A stretch of DNA of 50,215 bases from Gemmatimonadaceae bacterium (GCA_033763905.1 JANRJP010000079.1:1-50215), one strand, 5' to 3'; numbered from the stretch's first letter, positions 35,514 to 46,444 are shown. The notes: generated from the sequence alone by a model not told the origin. Numbers and translations are program-made.

Positions 35514-36485
35514 ATGGCGACCGTACTGTGGTTGCAGGGTGGTGCGTGTTCCGGCAACACGATGTCGTTCCTCAACGCCGAGGAGCCGACGGCCGTGGAT
35601 CTGGTCACCGACTTCGGTGTGGATCTGCTCTGGCACCCGTCGATCGGGATGGAGATGGGCGAGAATGCCCAGCGTCTCTTTCACGATCTGGCGTCGGGAA
35701 AGAAGCAGCTCGACATCTTCGTGTTCGAAGGCACGGTGATTCTGGGGCCGAACGGCACCGGGCGATTCAACATGTTCGCCGACCGTCCGATGAAGGACTG
35801 GGTCGCCGAGCTGGCGGCGCAGGCGGGCGCGGTGGTCGCGATCGGCGACTGTGCCTGCTGGGGCGGCATTCCGGCGACCGAGCCGAATCCGGTCGACAAC
35901 GTCGGCCTGCAGTACCTCAAGCGGAAGCAGGGCGGATTCCTCGGCGCGAACTTCGTGTCGAAGTGGGGCCTGCCGGTGATCAACATTCCCGGGTGCCCGG
36001 CGCACCCGGACTGGATTACGCAGATTCTCGTGGCCATCGCCGCCGGTCGCGCGGGCGACATTGCCCTCGACGAACTGCAGCGGCCGCAGACGTTCTTCAA
36101 GACCTTCACGCAGACCGGCTGCACCCGTGTGCAGTACTTCGAATACAAGCAGAGCACGGTCGAGTTCGGGCAGGGCACGCGCCAGGGATGCCTGTTCTAC
36201 GAGATGGGCTGTCGCGGGCCGATGACCCGGTCCCCCTGCAACCGCATTCTGTGGAACCGGCAGTCGTCGAAGACGCGCGCCGGTATGCCCTGCACCGGCT
36301 GCACCGAGCCCGAGTTCCCCTTCCACGAGCTCAAGCCGGGCACCGTGTTCAAGACCCAGAAGATCAGCGGCACGATTCCGAAGGAAGTGCCCACCGGGTC
36401 CGATCACGTGTCGTATATGGCCCACGCGGCCGCGGCGCGCGTGGCGGCGCCGAAGTGGTCGAAAGAAGACATGTTCGTCGTCTGA
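35514..36485 (+). CDS. hucS: Group 2a [NiFe]-hydrogenase small subunit
   Basis: WLQGGACSGNTMSF (Asn at second proximal position), DCACWGG, PGCPAHPDW, QTGCTR, GCRGP, PCTGC; no Tat signal. Confidence 0.93.
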   Translation: MATVLWLQGGACSGNTMSFLNAEEPTAVDLVTDFGVDLLWHPSIGMEMGENAQRLFHDLASGKKQLDIFVFEGTVILGPNGTGRFNMFADRPMKDWVAELAAQAGAVVAIGDCACWGGIPATEPNPVDNVGLQYLKRKQGGFLGANFVSKWGLPVINIPGCPAHPDWITQILVAIAAGRAGDIALDELQRPQTFFKTFTQTGCTRVQYFEYKQSTVEFGQGTRQGCLFYEMGCRGPMTRSPCNRILWNRQSSKTRAGMPCTGCTEPEFPFHELKPGTVFKTQKISGTIPKEVPTGSDHVSYMAHAAAARVAAPKWSKEDMFVV

Positions 36486-36515
36486 TCCACACATCCTCAT
36501 CGGAGCACAACCACA

Positions 36516-38141
36516 GTGGCTACGTCAACACTGCCTATGCCGGACACGATGCGCATCAGCCCGCTTGGCCGCGTCGAGGGTGACCTTGACCTGCGCGTCA
36601 CGATCCGGGATGGTGTCGTCACGGATGCGTGGACCGAAGCATCGATGTTCCGCGGATTCGAGATCATCCTGCGCGGCAAGGACCCGCAGGCGGGGCTGAT
36701 CGTCACCCCGCGCATCTGCGGCATCTGCGGCGGCTCGCACCTCTACAAGGCCTGCTACGCGCTCGATACGGCGTGGCGCACACACGTCCCTCGCAACGCG
36801 ACGCTGATCCGCAACATTGCGCAGGCCTGCGAGACCCTGCTGTCGATCCCGCGCTGGTTCTACGCGCTGTTCGCGATCGATCTCACCAACAAGAACTACG
36901 CACACCTGCCCGAGTACGACGAAGTCGTGCGTCGCTTCGCGCCGTTCGTCGGCACCAGCTACGAGCCCGGCGTGACACTCTCGGCCAAGCCGGTCGAGAT
37001 CTACGCGCTCTTCGGCGGGCAGTGGCCGCACTCGAGCTTCATGATTCCGGGTGGCGTGATGTGCGCCCCGACGCTCTCGGACGTGACGCGCGCGATCGCG
37101 ATTCTGGACCACTGGAAGCGCGAGTGGCTCGAGAAGCAGTGGCTTGGCTGCTCGGTCGAGCGCTGGATGCAGATCAAGAGCTGGAAGGATCTCTTGGCCT
37201 GGGCCGACGAGAACGACAGCCAGCGCAATTCGGACTGCGCGCTGTTCCTGCGCTTCGCGATGCGGGCCGGCCTCGACAAGTTCGGTCAGGGCTGCGGCTC
37301 GTACATTGCGACCGGCACGTACTTCCAGCCGGAGCTCTACGAGCACCCGACGGTCGACGGCCGCAATGCAGCGCTCATCAGCCGGTCGGGCATCTACGAC
37401 GGCAAGGGGTTCCACGACTTCGACCATCTGAACGTCCGCGAAGACATCACGAACTCGTTCTATCGTGGCCAGAGCCTGCTGCACCCGTGGCAGGGCGAAA
37501 CCGATCCGATCGACCCGCTCGACGGCCACAAGCAGGGCAAGTACTCGTGGGCGAAGTCGCCGCGGTACAACGTGCCGAATATGGGCACGATGCCGCTCGA
37601 AGCGGGACCGCTCTCACGGCAGGTGATCGCCGGCCGGCCGTCGAACGCGGCGCATCAGGACTACGACCCGTTCATCTACGATGCGATCACGACGGTTGGG
37701 CCGAGCGTGCTGACGCGCGTGATGGCGCGGATGCACGAGGCGCCGAAGTACACGCAGTGGGTGCGGCAGTGGCTCGACCAACTCGACCTGCACGACAAGT
37801 TCTACACCAAGCCGACCGAGCACGCGGAAGGACGCGGATTCGGCGCGACGGAAGCGGCGCGTGGCTCGTTGTCGGACTGGATCGTGATCAGCAACGGACG
37901 GATCGAGAACTATCAGGTGATCACCCCGACGGCCTGGAACATCGGGCCGCGTGACGGCACCGGAAAGCACGGCCCGATGGAGACGGCGTTCATCGGCGCC
38001 GAGATCAAGGATCCGACCGATCCGGTCGAGATGGGCATCGTCGCCCGTTCGTTCGACTCGTGTCTGGTCTGCACGGTGCACGCGTACGACGAGAAGACCG
38101 GCAAGGAATTGTCGAGCTTCCGGATCGGCGAGATGGGATGA
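36516..38141 (+). CDS. hucL: Group 2a [NiFe]-hydrogenase large subunit
   Basis: GRVEGDLD; L1 PRICGICGGSH; L2 SFDSCLVCTVH followed by a cleavable tail; start could be 36516-36549. Confidence 0.95.
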   Translation: MATSTLPMPDTMRISPLGRVEGDLDLRVTIRDGVVTDAWTEASMFRGFEIILRGKDPQAGLIVTPRICGICGGSHLYKACYALDTAWRTHVPRNATLIRNIAQACETLLSIPRWFYALFAIDLTNKNYAHLPEYDEVVRRFAPFVGTSYEPGVTLSAKPVEIYALFGGQWPHSSFMIPGGVMCAPTLSDVTRAIAILDHWKREWLEKQWLGCSVERWMQIKSWKDLLAWADENDSQRNSDCALFLRFAMRAGLDKFGQGCGSYIATGTYFQPELYEHPTVDGRNAALISRSGIYDGKGFHDFDHLNVREDITNSFYRGQSLLHPWQGETDPIDPLDGHKQGKYSWAKSPRYNVPNMGTMPLEAGPLSRQVIAGRPSNAAHQDYDPFIYDAITTVGPSVLTRVMARMHEAPKYTQWVRQWLDQLDLHDKFYTKPTEHAEGRGFGATEAARGSLSDWIVISNGRIENYQVITPTAWNIGPRDGTGKHGPMETAFIGAEIKDPTDPVEMGIVARSFDSCLVCTVHAYDEKTGKELSSFRIGEMG

Positions 38142-38680
38142 CCAGTCAGGTCCGTGAACCGGTGGCTTCGGCCACGAATCACGACGCGGCGGGCCCGGTG
38201 ATGGACACCGGGCCCGTTCGCACCCTGATCATCGGATGCGGCAACCTGCTCCGCGGCGACGACGCCGTTGGGCCGATCTTTGTTCGCCATCTCTGGCAGC
38301 GCGGCCTTCCGGTCGGTGTCCGCTGTGCCGACGGCGGGACCGGGGGGATGGACGTCGCCTTCCAGATGCGTGGCGTACCACACGTGATTCTGGTGGACGC
38401 CTGCCGCAGCGGCTCGACGCCGGGCGAGTTGTTCCGGCTTCCCGGATCGGCCGTCGAGCACCTGCCGCCGCTGGCGGGGATCAATCTCCACGCGTTCCGC
38501 TGGGACCACGCGTTGGCCTTCGCCCGCTGGCTGCTCAAGGACGAGTATCCGGAGCAGATCACGGTGTACCTGATCGAAGGTGAGCACTTCACGATTGGCG
38601 AGGCGCTGTCCCCGGCAGTCGAAAAGGCGATGCACCGCCTGGGCGATCTCTTGCTCGACGAACTCCGCAATGACGCGTGA
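38138..38680 (+). CDS. Hydrogenase maturation endopeptidase (HupD/HupW-type)
   Basis: IIGCGNLLRGDDAVG, DGGTGG, ILVDA, LH; ATGA overlap with large subunit. Confidence 0.93.
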   Translation: MTSQVREPVASATNHDAAGPVMDTGPVRTLIIGCGNLLRGDDAVGPIFVRHLWQRGLPVGVRCADGGTGGMDVAFQMRGVPHVILVDACRSGSTPGELFRLPGSAVEHLPPLAGINLHAFRWDHALAFARWLLKDEYPEQITVYLIEGEHFTIGEALSPAVEKAMHRLGDLLLDELRNDA

Positions 38681-38969
38681 CGTCGAGTTCACCGAACAGG
38701 GCTATCTCGTCCTGACGGCGGACGACGCGCAGGAGTTCTTCCCGTTCGATGTGCTCGTGGCCCTGCGTCGCGGTCCGGAATTGTGGCTACTCCCGACGCG
38801 CGGCGCGGCCGCGGGCGGACTGATTCTCAAGCAGCGGAACCTCCGAGGGGACCGCAGCGTGCTGGTACGCGAGACATTGGACGACGCGGTCCCCGTCGGG
38901 CGCCGGCCGGCCTTCTGGGACGCAGCCAACGGTGCGTTGCGGGTGGCACTGGTGGAATCCGGTGCCTGA
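38670..38969 (+). CDS. Small conserved hydrogenase-cluster protein
   Basis: Overlaps both neighbours; LWLLPTRGAAAGGLILKQRNLRGDRSVL. Confidence 0.75.
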   Translation: MTRDVEFTEQGYLVLTADDAQEFFPFDVLVALRRGPELWLLPTRGAAAGGLILKQRNLRGDRSVLVRETLDDAVPVGRRPAFWDAANGALRVALVESGA

Positions 38970-39192
38970 GTACCACTTTCGGTCAGACGCCGTCGATGTA
39001 CGGGCGGTCATCACCGAAGAACGAGGGCGCTGGGTGCTCACGCTTGAAGTGCTGATGGTGCCGGATCGTCCGGATCACGTGATCCGGCATCGCATTGCCG
39101 ATTACCCGACGCGCGCTCGCGCCGAGGTCGCCGCGAAGTGGACGGTGACTGCCGCGAACCGCGACCTCCCGCATCCTCCACTGGGATTCTGA
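38962..39192 (+). CDS. Small conserved hydrogenase-cluster protein
   Basis: GTG start overlapping upstream gene; VIRHRIADYPTRARAEVAA; stop overlaps next ATG. Confidence 0.7.
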   Translation: MPEYHFRSDAVDVRAVITEERGRWVLTLEVLMVPDRPDHVIRHRIADYPTRARAEVAAKWTVTAANRDLPHPPLGF

Positions 39193-40448
39193 TGTCGACT
39201 TCGACGCCACCGCTCCAGCCGCTCGGCATCTTTCCATACCCTGCTGGACTGCTGCTGCTTCCGGCCAGTGGCGCGGCCACGGCCGATGCCACGCTGGCCG
39301 AGTGGATGCGCGGCGCACAGCCCGACGTGGTACCAGACGATTGGCAGTTCTTCGCCGATGCACTCCGCGGCGACGTGGACGCGGCGATGCGCCGACTCGC
39401 CGAGGACCAGACGCCGATCGCCGGCTACAATCGATTCGTGCTGCGCGGAGAACAGACGGGACTGCAGCTCGCGTTGACGGCGGGTGACGACGCGCTGCGC
39501 GAACTCGCGCTCCTCGCGATGTTCGTGCAAGGGGCCAGCGACGCGCTGCCGGAAGGGCGCGGTCTGCGAGGTGTGTTGTTGGCCAACCTGCAGATGGCGC
39601 GTGCGGCTGCCGCGTTGGATGCCGACGAGGCGCCGAGCGCCGCCAAGTGGCTGCACGACGGCATCGCCGAGTGCCGGACGATTTCACCGATTCTGGCGGC
39701 GCATCTCACGGCGCAACTCGCGCAGTTGCAGAGTGCGCTCGCCGACGCCACCCCGCAGCGCACCTTTGCGCTCTGGCAGGATGCCATTCGCCTGGCCGGC
39801 GACTCGCCGCTGCCGCACCTGCAGGGCGACGTCCGCATTGGCCTCGCGATCGCGATGCACGAGGCCGCCGGCGACCGGCGCGATCTGCTGGTCGAAGCGG
39901 TCAAGTGGTATCAGGACGCGCTGCACCGCGGCATCACGCTGGAAGACACGCCGGAGACCTTTGCGCTGGCCCAGAACAACATCGGGCTCGCGTATCTGAC
40001 GATGCCGATGACCGATGCCGGCGACAAGCTGCGCCACGCCGTCGCCGTGCAGAGCTTCCGGGAGGCGCTCAAGGTCTACACGCCCGAGACGCACTTGGAA
40101 TCGTGGACGAGCACGATGCTCAATATGGCCAACGCCCTGCAGTACCTCCCCTCGGCGCGCCCCGAAGAGCATCTCATCCAGGCCGTCGAGACGTACGAGC
40201 AACTGCTCGAGGTGCGCAACAAGGCAGTTGACCCGCTCGGCTATGCGCGGCTCTTGGCCAACCAGGCGAACGCACTCGCGCATCTCGGGATGTTCCAGCC
40301 CGCGACCGAGAAGTTCACTGAGGCGCACAAACTCCTGCATTGGCACGGCGAGGCCGCGTTGGCCGCCACGATTCTCGAGCAGCTCGAGCGGATCAATGCG
40401 CAGCTGGCGACCGTGGCGCCCGAGTCGGGTGGCGAGGCGACGCCCTGA
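39192..40448 (+). CDS. TPR-containing hydrogenase accessory protein
   Basis: QPLGIFPYPAG start; FALAQNNIGLAYL, NMANALQYLPS, NQANALAHLG helical repeats. Confidence 0.85.
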   Translation: MSTSTPPLQPLGIFPYPAGLLLLPASGAATADATLAEWMRGAQPDVVPDDWQFFADALRGDVDAAMRRLAEDQTPIAGYNRFVLRGEQTGLQLALTAGDDALRELALLAMFVQGASDALPEGRGLRGVLLANLQMARAAAALDADEAPSAAKWLHDGIAECRTISPILAAHLTAQLAQLQSALADATPQRTFALWQDAIRLAGDSPLPHLQGDVRIGLAIAMHEAAGDRRDLLVEAVKWYQDALHRGITLEDTPETFALAQNNIGLAYLTMPMTDAGDKLRHAVAVQSFREALKVYTPETHLESWTSTMLNMANALQYLPSARPEEHLIQAVETYEQLLEVRNKAVDPLGYARLLANQANALAHLGMFQPATEKFTEAHKLLHWHGEAALAATILEQLERINAQLATVAPESGGEATP

Positions 40449-40825
40449 TGGACCTCCACGCGCGCCAGCAGTTCGACTTCTTCTTCAACGCCGCGATCGA
40501 GAGCTTTGTCGATCGTATCGAGCAGCGCTGCGGCGGCCCCGTGCCGGCGCTCGAACGCCTGCGCACCGATCCGAACGGCGAGGGCGTGTGGCTCGACGAG
40601 TTCGTCGCCGCCCTGTTTCGGGATTTTCTGCTCGACAACCCTGCCGGTAGCGCCTTTGTGCTCCAGGCGCTGGCGCGGCGCGCGATCAGCACGGCGTCGG
40701 TCGATGGCGCCACCGTCGAGCAGGTGATGTCGCAATTGGCCCGACGCGCCTTTGCCGATGTCCTGCGGATCAAGACCGACGAGCAACTTGAGCAACGCCT
40801 TGCCTTCCAGGTGGTGGACGAATGA
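40448..40825 (+). CDS. Conserved helical hydrogenase-cluster protein
   Basis: TGATG coupling upstream and ATGA downstream; FLLDNPAGSAFVLQAL. Confidence 0.75.
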   Translation: MDLHARQQFDFFFNAAIESFVDRIEQRCGGPVPALERLRTDPNGEGVWLDEFVAALFRDFLLDNPAGSAFVLQALARRAISTASVDGATVEQVMSQLARRAFADVLRIKTDEQLEQRLAFQVVDE

Positions 40826-41706
40826 CAACCGCTGCGACTCCGACCTCGGCGACCGCCGCTGATGCCAACACCGATCTGGCCGCCCGCGCTCGCGCCGTCG
40901 AATCGGCGCTGACCGAGGTCAAGGGGATGCCGATCGACCACCGCACGCGCGCCTTCGCACTCAAGGACGCCGTCGAGGCGTTTCACAAGGCGGGCCTTAC
41001 CACGATCATCCGGACGCTCAAGGCGGACCCACGCGGCAAGGAATTGCTGCTCACGCTGGCCGATGACCCCGACGTGTACGCGCTCTTCGCGATGCACGGC
41101 CTGGTGAAGGCGGATCTGCGTACCCGCGTCGCGCGTGTCGTCGAAACGGTGCGACCCTATACGCAATCGCACGGCGGCGATGTCGAACTCGTCGACGTGC
41201 GTGACGGCACGGTGTACGTGCGAATGAGCGGCTCGTGCAATGGTTGCAGTATGAGCGCGGTCACGCTGCGCAACGGCGTCGAAGAAGCCCTGCGGGAGCA
41301 GTGCCCGGAAGTCACGGCAATTGAAGTCGTCCCCAACGAGCCGACGCCGGCCGTGTTGCCGTTGGTCTCCTTGCAGCGCGGTGGCACGAACGGCGGCTGG
41401 GTGACCGGTCCGGCGCTCACGGAACTGCGCGAGTCCAGCCCGTTCCGGATGGAGCTGGCCGATGGCAAGAGCCTTGTGCTGCTCCGCTTTGGCGAGCAGC
41501 TCTCGGCGTTCCGCAACGAGTGCGCGCACTTGGGACTTCCGATCGATGGCGGGATGGTCGATGTCGAGGCCCGCACGATCACCTGTCCCTGGCACGGCTT
41601 CCGCTTTGACTGCACCAGCGGCGAGTGTCTGACCGCGCCACAGGCGCAGTTGGAGCAGGTGCCGGTGCGAGTGGAGCACGGCGTCGTGCAGGTCCGCCCG
41701 GGATGA
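40822..41706 (+). CDS. NifU_C plus Rieske [2Fe-2S] protein (HucE-like)
   Basis: RPYTQSHGGDVEL...GSCNGC; CAH and CPWHGFRFD. Confidence 0.92.
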   Translation: MTTAATPTSATAADANTDLAARARAVESALTEVKGMPIDHRTRAFALKDAVEAFHKAGLTTIIRTLKADPRGKELLLTLADDPDVYALFAMHGLVKADLRTRVARVVETVRPYTQSHGGDVELVDVRDGTVYVRMSGSCNGCSMSAVTLRNGVEEALREQCPEVTAIEVVPNEPTPAVLPLVSLQRGGTNGGWVTGPALTELRESSPFRMELADGKSLVLLRFGEQLSAFRNECAHLGLPIDGGMVDVEARTITCPWHGFRFDCTSGECLTAPQAQLEQVPVRVEHGVVQVRPG

Positions 41707-42821
41707 AGCCGCTCGTCCGGGTTGGCGCGGCATCGCCGTTCGGGCTCGCCCTTCCGTCGGCGCAGCCGACGGCGGGACAGCTCTACGGTCCTCGGGGCGT
41801 GTGGTTCGATGACACGCGGCTGATCGTCGCCGACTCGGGCAACCACCGCATTCTCATCTGGCACCAGCTGCCGACCGAGGACGGCGCCCCCGCCGACGTG
41901 GTGCTCGGTCAGCCGGACTTTACGTCGGAAGGACCACGTGCCGCCGAGGACGGCTTGCATTTGCCGACGGGTGTGCTCGTGGTCGACGGCCACTTGCTGG
42001 TGGCGGACGCGTGGCACCATCGCGTGTTGGTTTGGGACCGCATTCCCGACACCAGCCACACGCCGCCAACCTTTGCGATCGGACAGCCCTCACGTCGTGA
42101 CGGCCAGCCGAACAGCGGTGGCGCGGTGCACGCCGGCGGGCTGTACTGGCCCTATGGCATCGCGTGGCATCGGGACATCTTGTGGGTAGCCGATACCGGG
42201 AACCGCCGGGTGCTTGGATGGCGTGGATTGCCGTCCGCCACCCGCCCAGCCGATATCGTGCTCGGACAGCCGGACTTCACCTCCAACGACGAGAATCGCG
42301 GAGGGACGGTGCGCGGAGATTCGTTTCGGTGGCCGCACGCGATCACCGGTATCGACGACACGCTCTATGTCGCCGACGCCGGCAATCATCGTGTGCTGGG
42401 CTGGACGGGCATTCCGACGCAGGATCGGCCAGCGGACACCGTCATCGGGCAGCCCGACTTCACGTCCAACGCCGAGCTCCCGCATCGCAAGCAGGGTGGG
42501 CACCGGATGCGCTTCCCGTACGGGCTCGCGTCCGACGGCGACCTGCTGGCGGTCGGCGACACCGCCAACAATCGCGTACTGTTCTGGTCCGCCCAGCCGC
42601 TCGTGAGCCAGGGCTCGAGTGCGATCGCGGTGGTCGGGCAGCACGACTTCGACGCCGCCGGCGAGAACCGCTGGACCGCCGTCGCCGACGACACACTGTG
42701 TTGGCCCTACGGCCTCTGGATGCACGCCGGTCGGATGGCCATCGCCGACTCCGGCAACAATCGGGTGATGCTCTGGGCTACGGCCGACGTCACCGCACCA
42801 TTCCTTCATTCGCAGAGCTGA
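41703..42821 (+). CDS. NHL-repeat protein
   Basis: Six VADxGNHRVLxW / VLGQPDFT-type repeats. Confidence 0.92.
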   Translation: MKPLVRVGAASPFGLALPSAQPTAGQLYGPRGVWFDDTRLIVADSGNHRILIWHQLPTEDGAPADVVLGQPDFTSEGPRAAEDGLHLPTGVLVVDGHLLVADAWHHRVLVWDRIPDTSHTPPTFAIGQPSRRDGQPNSGGAVHAGGLYWPYGIAWHRDILWVADTGNRRVLGWRGLPSATRPADIVLGQPDFTSNDENRGGTVRGDSFRWPHAITGIDDTLYVADAGNHRVLGWTGIPTQDRPADTVIGQPDFTSNAELPHRKQGGHRMRFPYGLASDGDLLAVGDTANNRVLFWSAQPLVSQGSSAIAVVGQHDFDAAGENRWTAVADDTLCWPYGLWMHAGRMAIADSGNNRVMLWATADVTAPFLHSQS

Positions 42822-42823
42822 CT

Positions 42824-43126
42824 ATGTGCCTCGCCGTCCCCGGACAAATCGTCGACATCTTCGACGGAAGCGGCACGCGAATGGCCACGCTGGATTTTGG
42901 CGGCATTCGCAAGACCGTGTGCCTCGCCTATCTCCCGGATGCGAAGATCGGTGAATACGCCATCGTCCACGTCGGCTTCGCGATCAGCCTCATCGACGAG
43001 GCCTCCGCGCAGGAGACCCTTCGGCACTTCCGCGAACTGGGGATCCTCGAAGAGGAGCTCGGCGAAGCGTCGCCCGAGCAATACGCCGAACCGCACGGCG
43101 AAGTCTGTGACCCGATCCGGCCGTGA
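42824..43126 (+). CDS. hypC: Hydrogenase chaperone HypC
   Basis: MCLAVPG...VHVGFAI; C-terminal part of ORF 42164..43126. Confidence 0.96.
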   Translation: MCLAVPGQIVDIFDGSGTRMATLDFGGIRKTVCLAYLPDAKIGEYAIVHVGFAISLIDEASAQETLRHFRELGILEEELGEASPEQYAEPHGEVCDPIRP

Positions 43127-44277
43127 AGTACCTCGCCGAGTTCCGAGATGGCGAGATCGCCCAGCGACTCGCCGCTGAAATCCGGGCCATCACGACCCGC
43201 CCGTGGGCCATTATGGAGGTGTGCGGTGGCCAGACGCACAGCATCCTGCGCAACGGCATCGATCAGCTGCTGCCGCCCGAAATCGAGTTGATTCACGGCC
43301 CGGGTTGCCCAGTGTGCGTGACGCCACTCGATATGATCGACAAGGCGCTGGCGATTGCCGCGATACCCAACGTCATCTTCACGAGCTTCGGCGATATGCT
43401 GCGCGTCCCCGGCAGCGATCGTGATCTGTTCCGCGTGAAGAGCGAAGGCGGCGATGTGCGCATCGTGTATTCGCCGCTCGACGCGGTGCAGATCGCCCGC
43501 GAGAACCCGACCAAGCAGGTCGTGTTCTTCGGGATCGGCTTCGAGACGACCGCGCCGGCGAACGCGATGGCGGTGCACGTCGCCAAGCGCGAGGGGCTCA
43601 CGAACTTCTCGATGCTCGTCTCGCACGTGCTCGTGCCACCGGCCATCGATGCGATTATGTCGGCGCCGGGCAATCGGGTGCAGGCCTTCTTGGCGGCGGG
43701 CCACGTGTGCAGCGTGATGGGCTTCTGGCAGTATCCGCCGCTGGCGGCCAAGCACCACGTGCCGATCGTCATTACGGGCTTCGAGCCGCTGGATGTACTG
43801 GAAGGCATTCGCCGCACGGTGCAGTGCCTCGAGCGCAACGAAGCCAAGGTCGACAACGCGTATGCGCGCGTGGTGACCTTCGATGGCAACGCAGCGGCGC
43901 AGGCGCTGCTCGAGGAAGTCTTTGCGGTGACGGACCGCGCGTGGCGCGGCATCGGCGTGATTCCGGCGAGTGGATGGCGACTCAGTGCCGCGTACGCCGA
44001 CTACGACGCGGAGCACCGCTTCGACGTCGGGGCCATTCGCACCACCGAGAGCGCCGAGTGCCGGGCCGGTGAGGTGCTGCAGGGCGCGATCAAGCCTAGT
44101 CAGTGCGAAGCGTTCGGCACGCGCTGCACCCCGCGTACACCGCTCGGCGCCACGATGGTGTCGAGCGAAGGCGCCTGTGCGGCGTACTTCAACTACGGGC
44201 GCTTCCACACGCTCGAACGCGCGTCGAGTGCCACGCGCGACTCCAACACCAGCCCCAAGGCCGCGACCGTTGGCTGA
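43123..44277 (+). CDS. hypD: Hydrogenase maturation protein HypD
   Basis: [36 protein letters not shown]. Confidence 0.97.
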   Translation: MKYLAEFRDGEIAQRLAAEIRAITTRPWAIMEVCGGQTHSILRNGIDQLLPPEIELIHGPGCPVCVTPLDMIDKALAIAAIPNVIFTSFGDMLRVPGSDRDLFRVKSEGGDVRIVYSPLDAVQIARENPTKQVVFFGIGFETTAPANAMAVHVAKREGLTNFSMLVSHVLVPPAIDAIMSAPGNRVQAFLAAGHVCSVMGFWQYPPLAAKHHVPIVITGFEPLDVLEGIRRTVQCLERNEAKVDNAYARVVTFDGNAAAQALLEEVFAVTDRAWRGIGVIPASGWRLSAAYADYDAEHRFDVGAIRTTESAECRAGEVLQGAIKPSQCEAFGTRCTPRTPLGATMVSSEGACAAYFNYGRFHTLERASSATRDSNTSPKAATVG

Positions 44278-45325
44278 ACCGATCAATACCACGTGGGCTT
44301 GCCCGATACCGCTTCGGGACTATCCGTCGATCGTCATCGGGCACGGCGGCGGCGGCCAACTGGGCAACGAACTTGTCGAGCATCTGTTCAAGCCCGCGTT
44401 CGCGAATGACGAGCTCGACCGTATGGCGGACTCGGCGGTGCTCACCCTGCCGGCCGGTCGGATCGCGTACTCGACCGACAGCTTCGTGGTGCGGCCACTG
44501 GAGTTTCCCGGCGGCAGCATTGGCGCGCTGGCCGTCAACGGCACGGTGAACGATCTCGCGATGAGCGGGGCGACGCCCCTCGTGTTGAGTGCTGGCTTCA
44601 TTCTGGAAGAAGGCCTGCCGATGGCTACGCTGGGACGCATCGTGACCGATATGGCGGCCGCGGCGAAGGCTGCCGGCGTTCGCATCGTCACCGGCGACAC
44701 CAAGGTGGTCGAACGAGGCCACGGGGACGGCTGCTACATCAATACGTCGGGGATCGGCGTGGTCCGGGACGGCGTGCAGTTGTCGCCAACCCGTGCGACA
44801 CCGGGGGACGTCGTGATCGTCAGTGGCACGATCGGCGATCACGGAATGGCCATTATGAGCGTCCGCGAAGGGCTGGAGTTCGACACCACGATCGTGAGCG
44901 ACTGCGCGCCGCTCAACGGCTTGGTGGATGCGATGCTGGCCGTGACGCCCGACCTGCACGTGCTCCGCGATCCCACGCGTGGAGGTCTCGCGTCGACGCT
45001 GAACGAGATTGCCGGGGCCTCGGGTGTCGGCATCGTGATTCGCGAGGCGGCGCTCCCCGTGTTGCCGCAGGTGGCATCCGCGTGCGAGATCCTGGGAATG
45101 GATCCGGTGTTCGTGGCCAACGAGGGCAAGCTGGTGGCAATCGTCCCGCCGCAGCACGCGACCGCGGTTCTACAGGCGATGCGCGCGCATCCGTTGGGCT
45201 CGCGGGCGGCGATCATCGGAGAGGTCACATCCGATCATCCCGGTATGCTCGTCGCGAAGACCGCGATCGGTGCGCAGCGGGTGATTGCGATGCAGCTCGG
45301 CGAGCAGCTCCCGCGCATCTGCTGA
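44270..45325 (+). CDS. hypE: Carbamoyl dehydratase HypE
   Basis: [26 protein letters not shown]-terminal LPRIC. Confidence 0.97.
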   Translation: MAEPINTTWACPIPLRDYPSIVIGHGGGGQLGNELVEHLFKPAFANDELDRMADSAVLTLPAGRIAYSTDSFVVRPLEFPGGSIGALAVNGTVNDLAMSGATPLVLSAGFILEEGLPMATLGRIVTDMAAAAKAAGVRIVTGDTKVVERGHGDGCYINTSGIGVVRDGVQLSPTRATPGDVVIVSGTIGDHGMAIMSVREGLEFDTTIVSDCAPLNGLVDAMLAVTPDLHVLRDPTRGGLASTLNEIAGASGVGIVIREAALPVLPQVASACEILGMDPVFVANEGKLVAIVPPQHATAVLQAMRAHPLGSRAAIIGEVTSDHPGMLVAKTAIGAQRVIAMQLGEQLPRIC

Positions 45326-45448
45326 CGCCGGCGCGAAGCCGGTGAGCCGTCACAGCCGCACCCGGTAGCCGCACGCTCCAGCCTCGCCCGCTGTGTATCG
45401 GCGAGGTCACGACACGCCGCTGTGAGCGTTTCGTCGCCAGACCGCGAT

Positions 45449-46444
45449 ATGTCCGTGTCGTGGCTGAAACAGTCGGGCGTAGCTTTGCCCCTCGTGCACC
45501 CGTCTGCCGCTCTCCGAGCGCCGATCGCGCTGTTGGCTCTGCTGGCGCGTCTTGCCCGTCAGGAGGATCTCAACTTCCTGCTGACGAACCGCCTGCCGCG
45601 CCGGTGGATGTCACGGACGTTTGCGCGACTGAGCCGCATCGAACACCACGGGCTGACGCGTCTGATGGTCGCGATCTGGCGGCAGTTCGATCCGTCTCTC
45701 GATTTGCGTGACGCGGCCGACACGGACTTCCCGAGTGTGCACGCGGTGTTTACGCGTCGACTCGCGCCGGGGGCACGGACGATCGATCCTGATCCGGCTG
45801 CGGTGGTCTCCCCCTGCGATGGCATCGTCGGCGCCTTCGGCAGCATCCGCGGTACCGAGCTGTTTCAGGCGAAAGGGTTTCCGTATCGTCTCGAGGACCT
45901 GCTCCCCGACCCGGCGCTGGTCGATCGCCACCGCGACGGCCAGTTCATCACGCTGCGGCTGACGTCGGGGATGTATCACCGTTTCCACGCGCCGGTCGAC
46001 GCCGTCGTGCCGGAAGTCCGCTACATCTCCGGTGACACGTGGAACGTCAATCCGATCGCGCTGCAGCGCATCGAACGACTGTTCTGCCGCAACGAGCGGG
46101 TCGTGCTGGATCTCGACATCCAGAGCCCAGACGCTGGCGGACAGGCCGCGATCACGATCGTGCCCGTCGCGGCGATCCTGGTGGCGGGTGTCGCGTTCGA
46201 AGGACTGACCGTGACGTTGCATCCCGAGTATCGCGGGGTCTCCCGCATTCCCTGGGGCCGTCGGGTGCGCAAGGGCGACGAATTGGGCCGCTTCGAACAC
46301 GGCTCCACGATCCTCCTCTTCGCTACCGGCGGCTTCGTGTTCACCCCGACCGTTCGGGAAGGTGCCCGGGTGCGAGTGGGTGACGCTTTGTTCCGCCATC
46401 CCACGCGGCGCTGGTCCGCCGCATCACACGCCGAGGTCCACTGA
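45449..46444 (+). CDS. psd: Phosphatidylserine decarboxylase family proenzyme (HGST variant)
   Basis: FTRRL, VSPCDG, QAKG, YHRFHAP, NERVV, KGDELGRFEHGSTI; start uncertain. Confidence 0.88.
   Translation: MSVSWLKQSGVALPLVHPSAALRAPIALLALLARLARQEDLNFLLTNRLPRRWMSRTFARLSRIEHHGLTRLMVAIWRQFDPSLDLRDAADTDFPSVHAVFTRRLAPGARTIDPDPAAVVSPCDGIVGAFGSIRGTELFQAKGFPYRLEDLLPDPALVDRHRDGQFITLRLTSGMYHRFHAPVDAVVPEVRYISGDTWNVNPIALQRIERLFCRNERVVLDLDIQSPDAGGQAAITIVPVAAILVAGVAFEGLTVTLHPEYRGVSRIPWGRRVRKGDELGRFEHGSTILLFATGGFVFTPTVREGARVRVGDALFRHPTRRWSAASHAEVH

Noticed and set aside
35514..36485. Asn and Gln replacing canonical Fe-S ligands as a novelty
   Set aside because: These substitutions are the established signature of group 2a small subunits
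28738..45325. Hydrogenase block as a mobile genomic island
   Set aside because: No integrase, transposase, tRNA or flanking direct repeats recognised; a composition shift could not be computed
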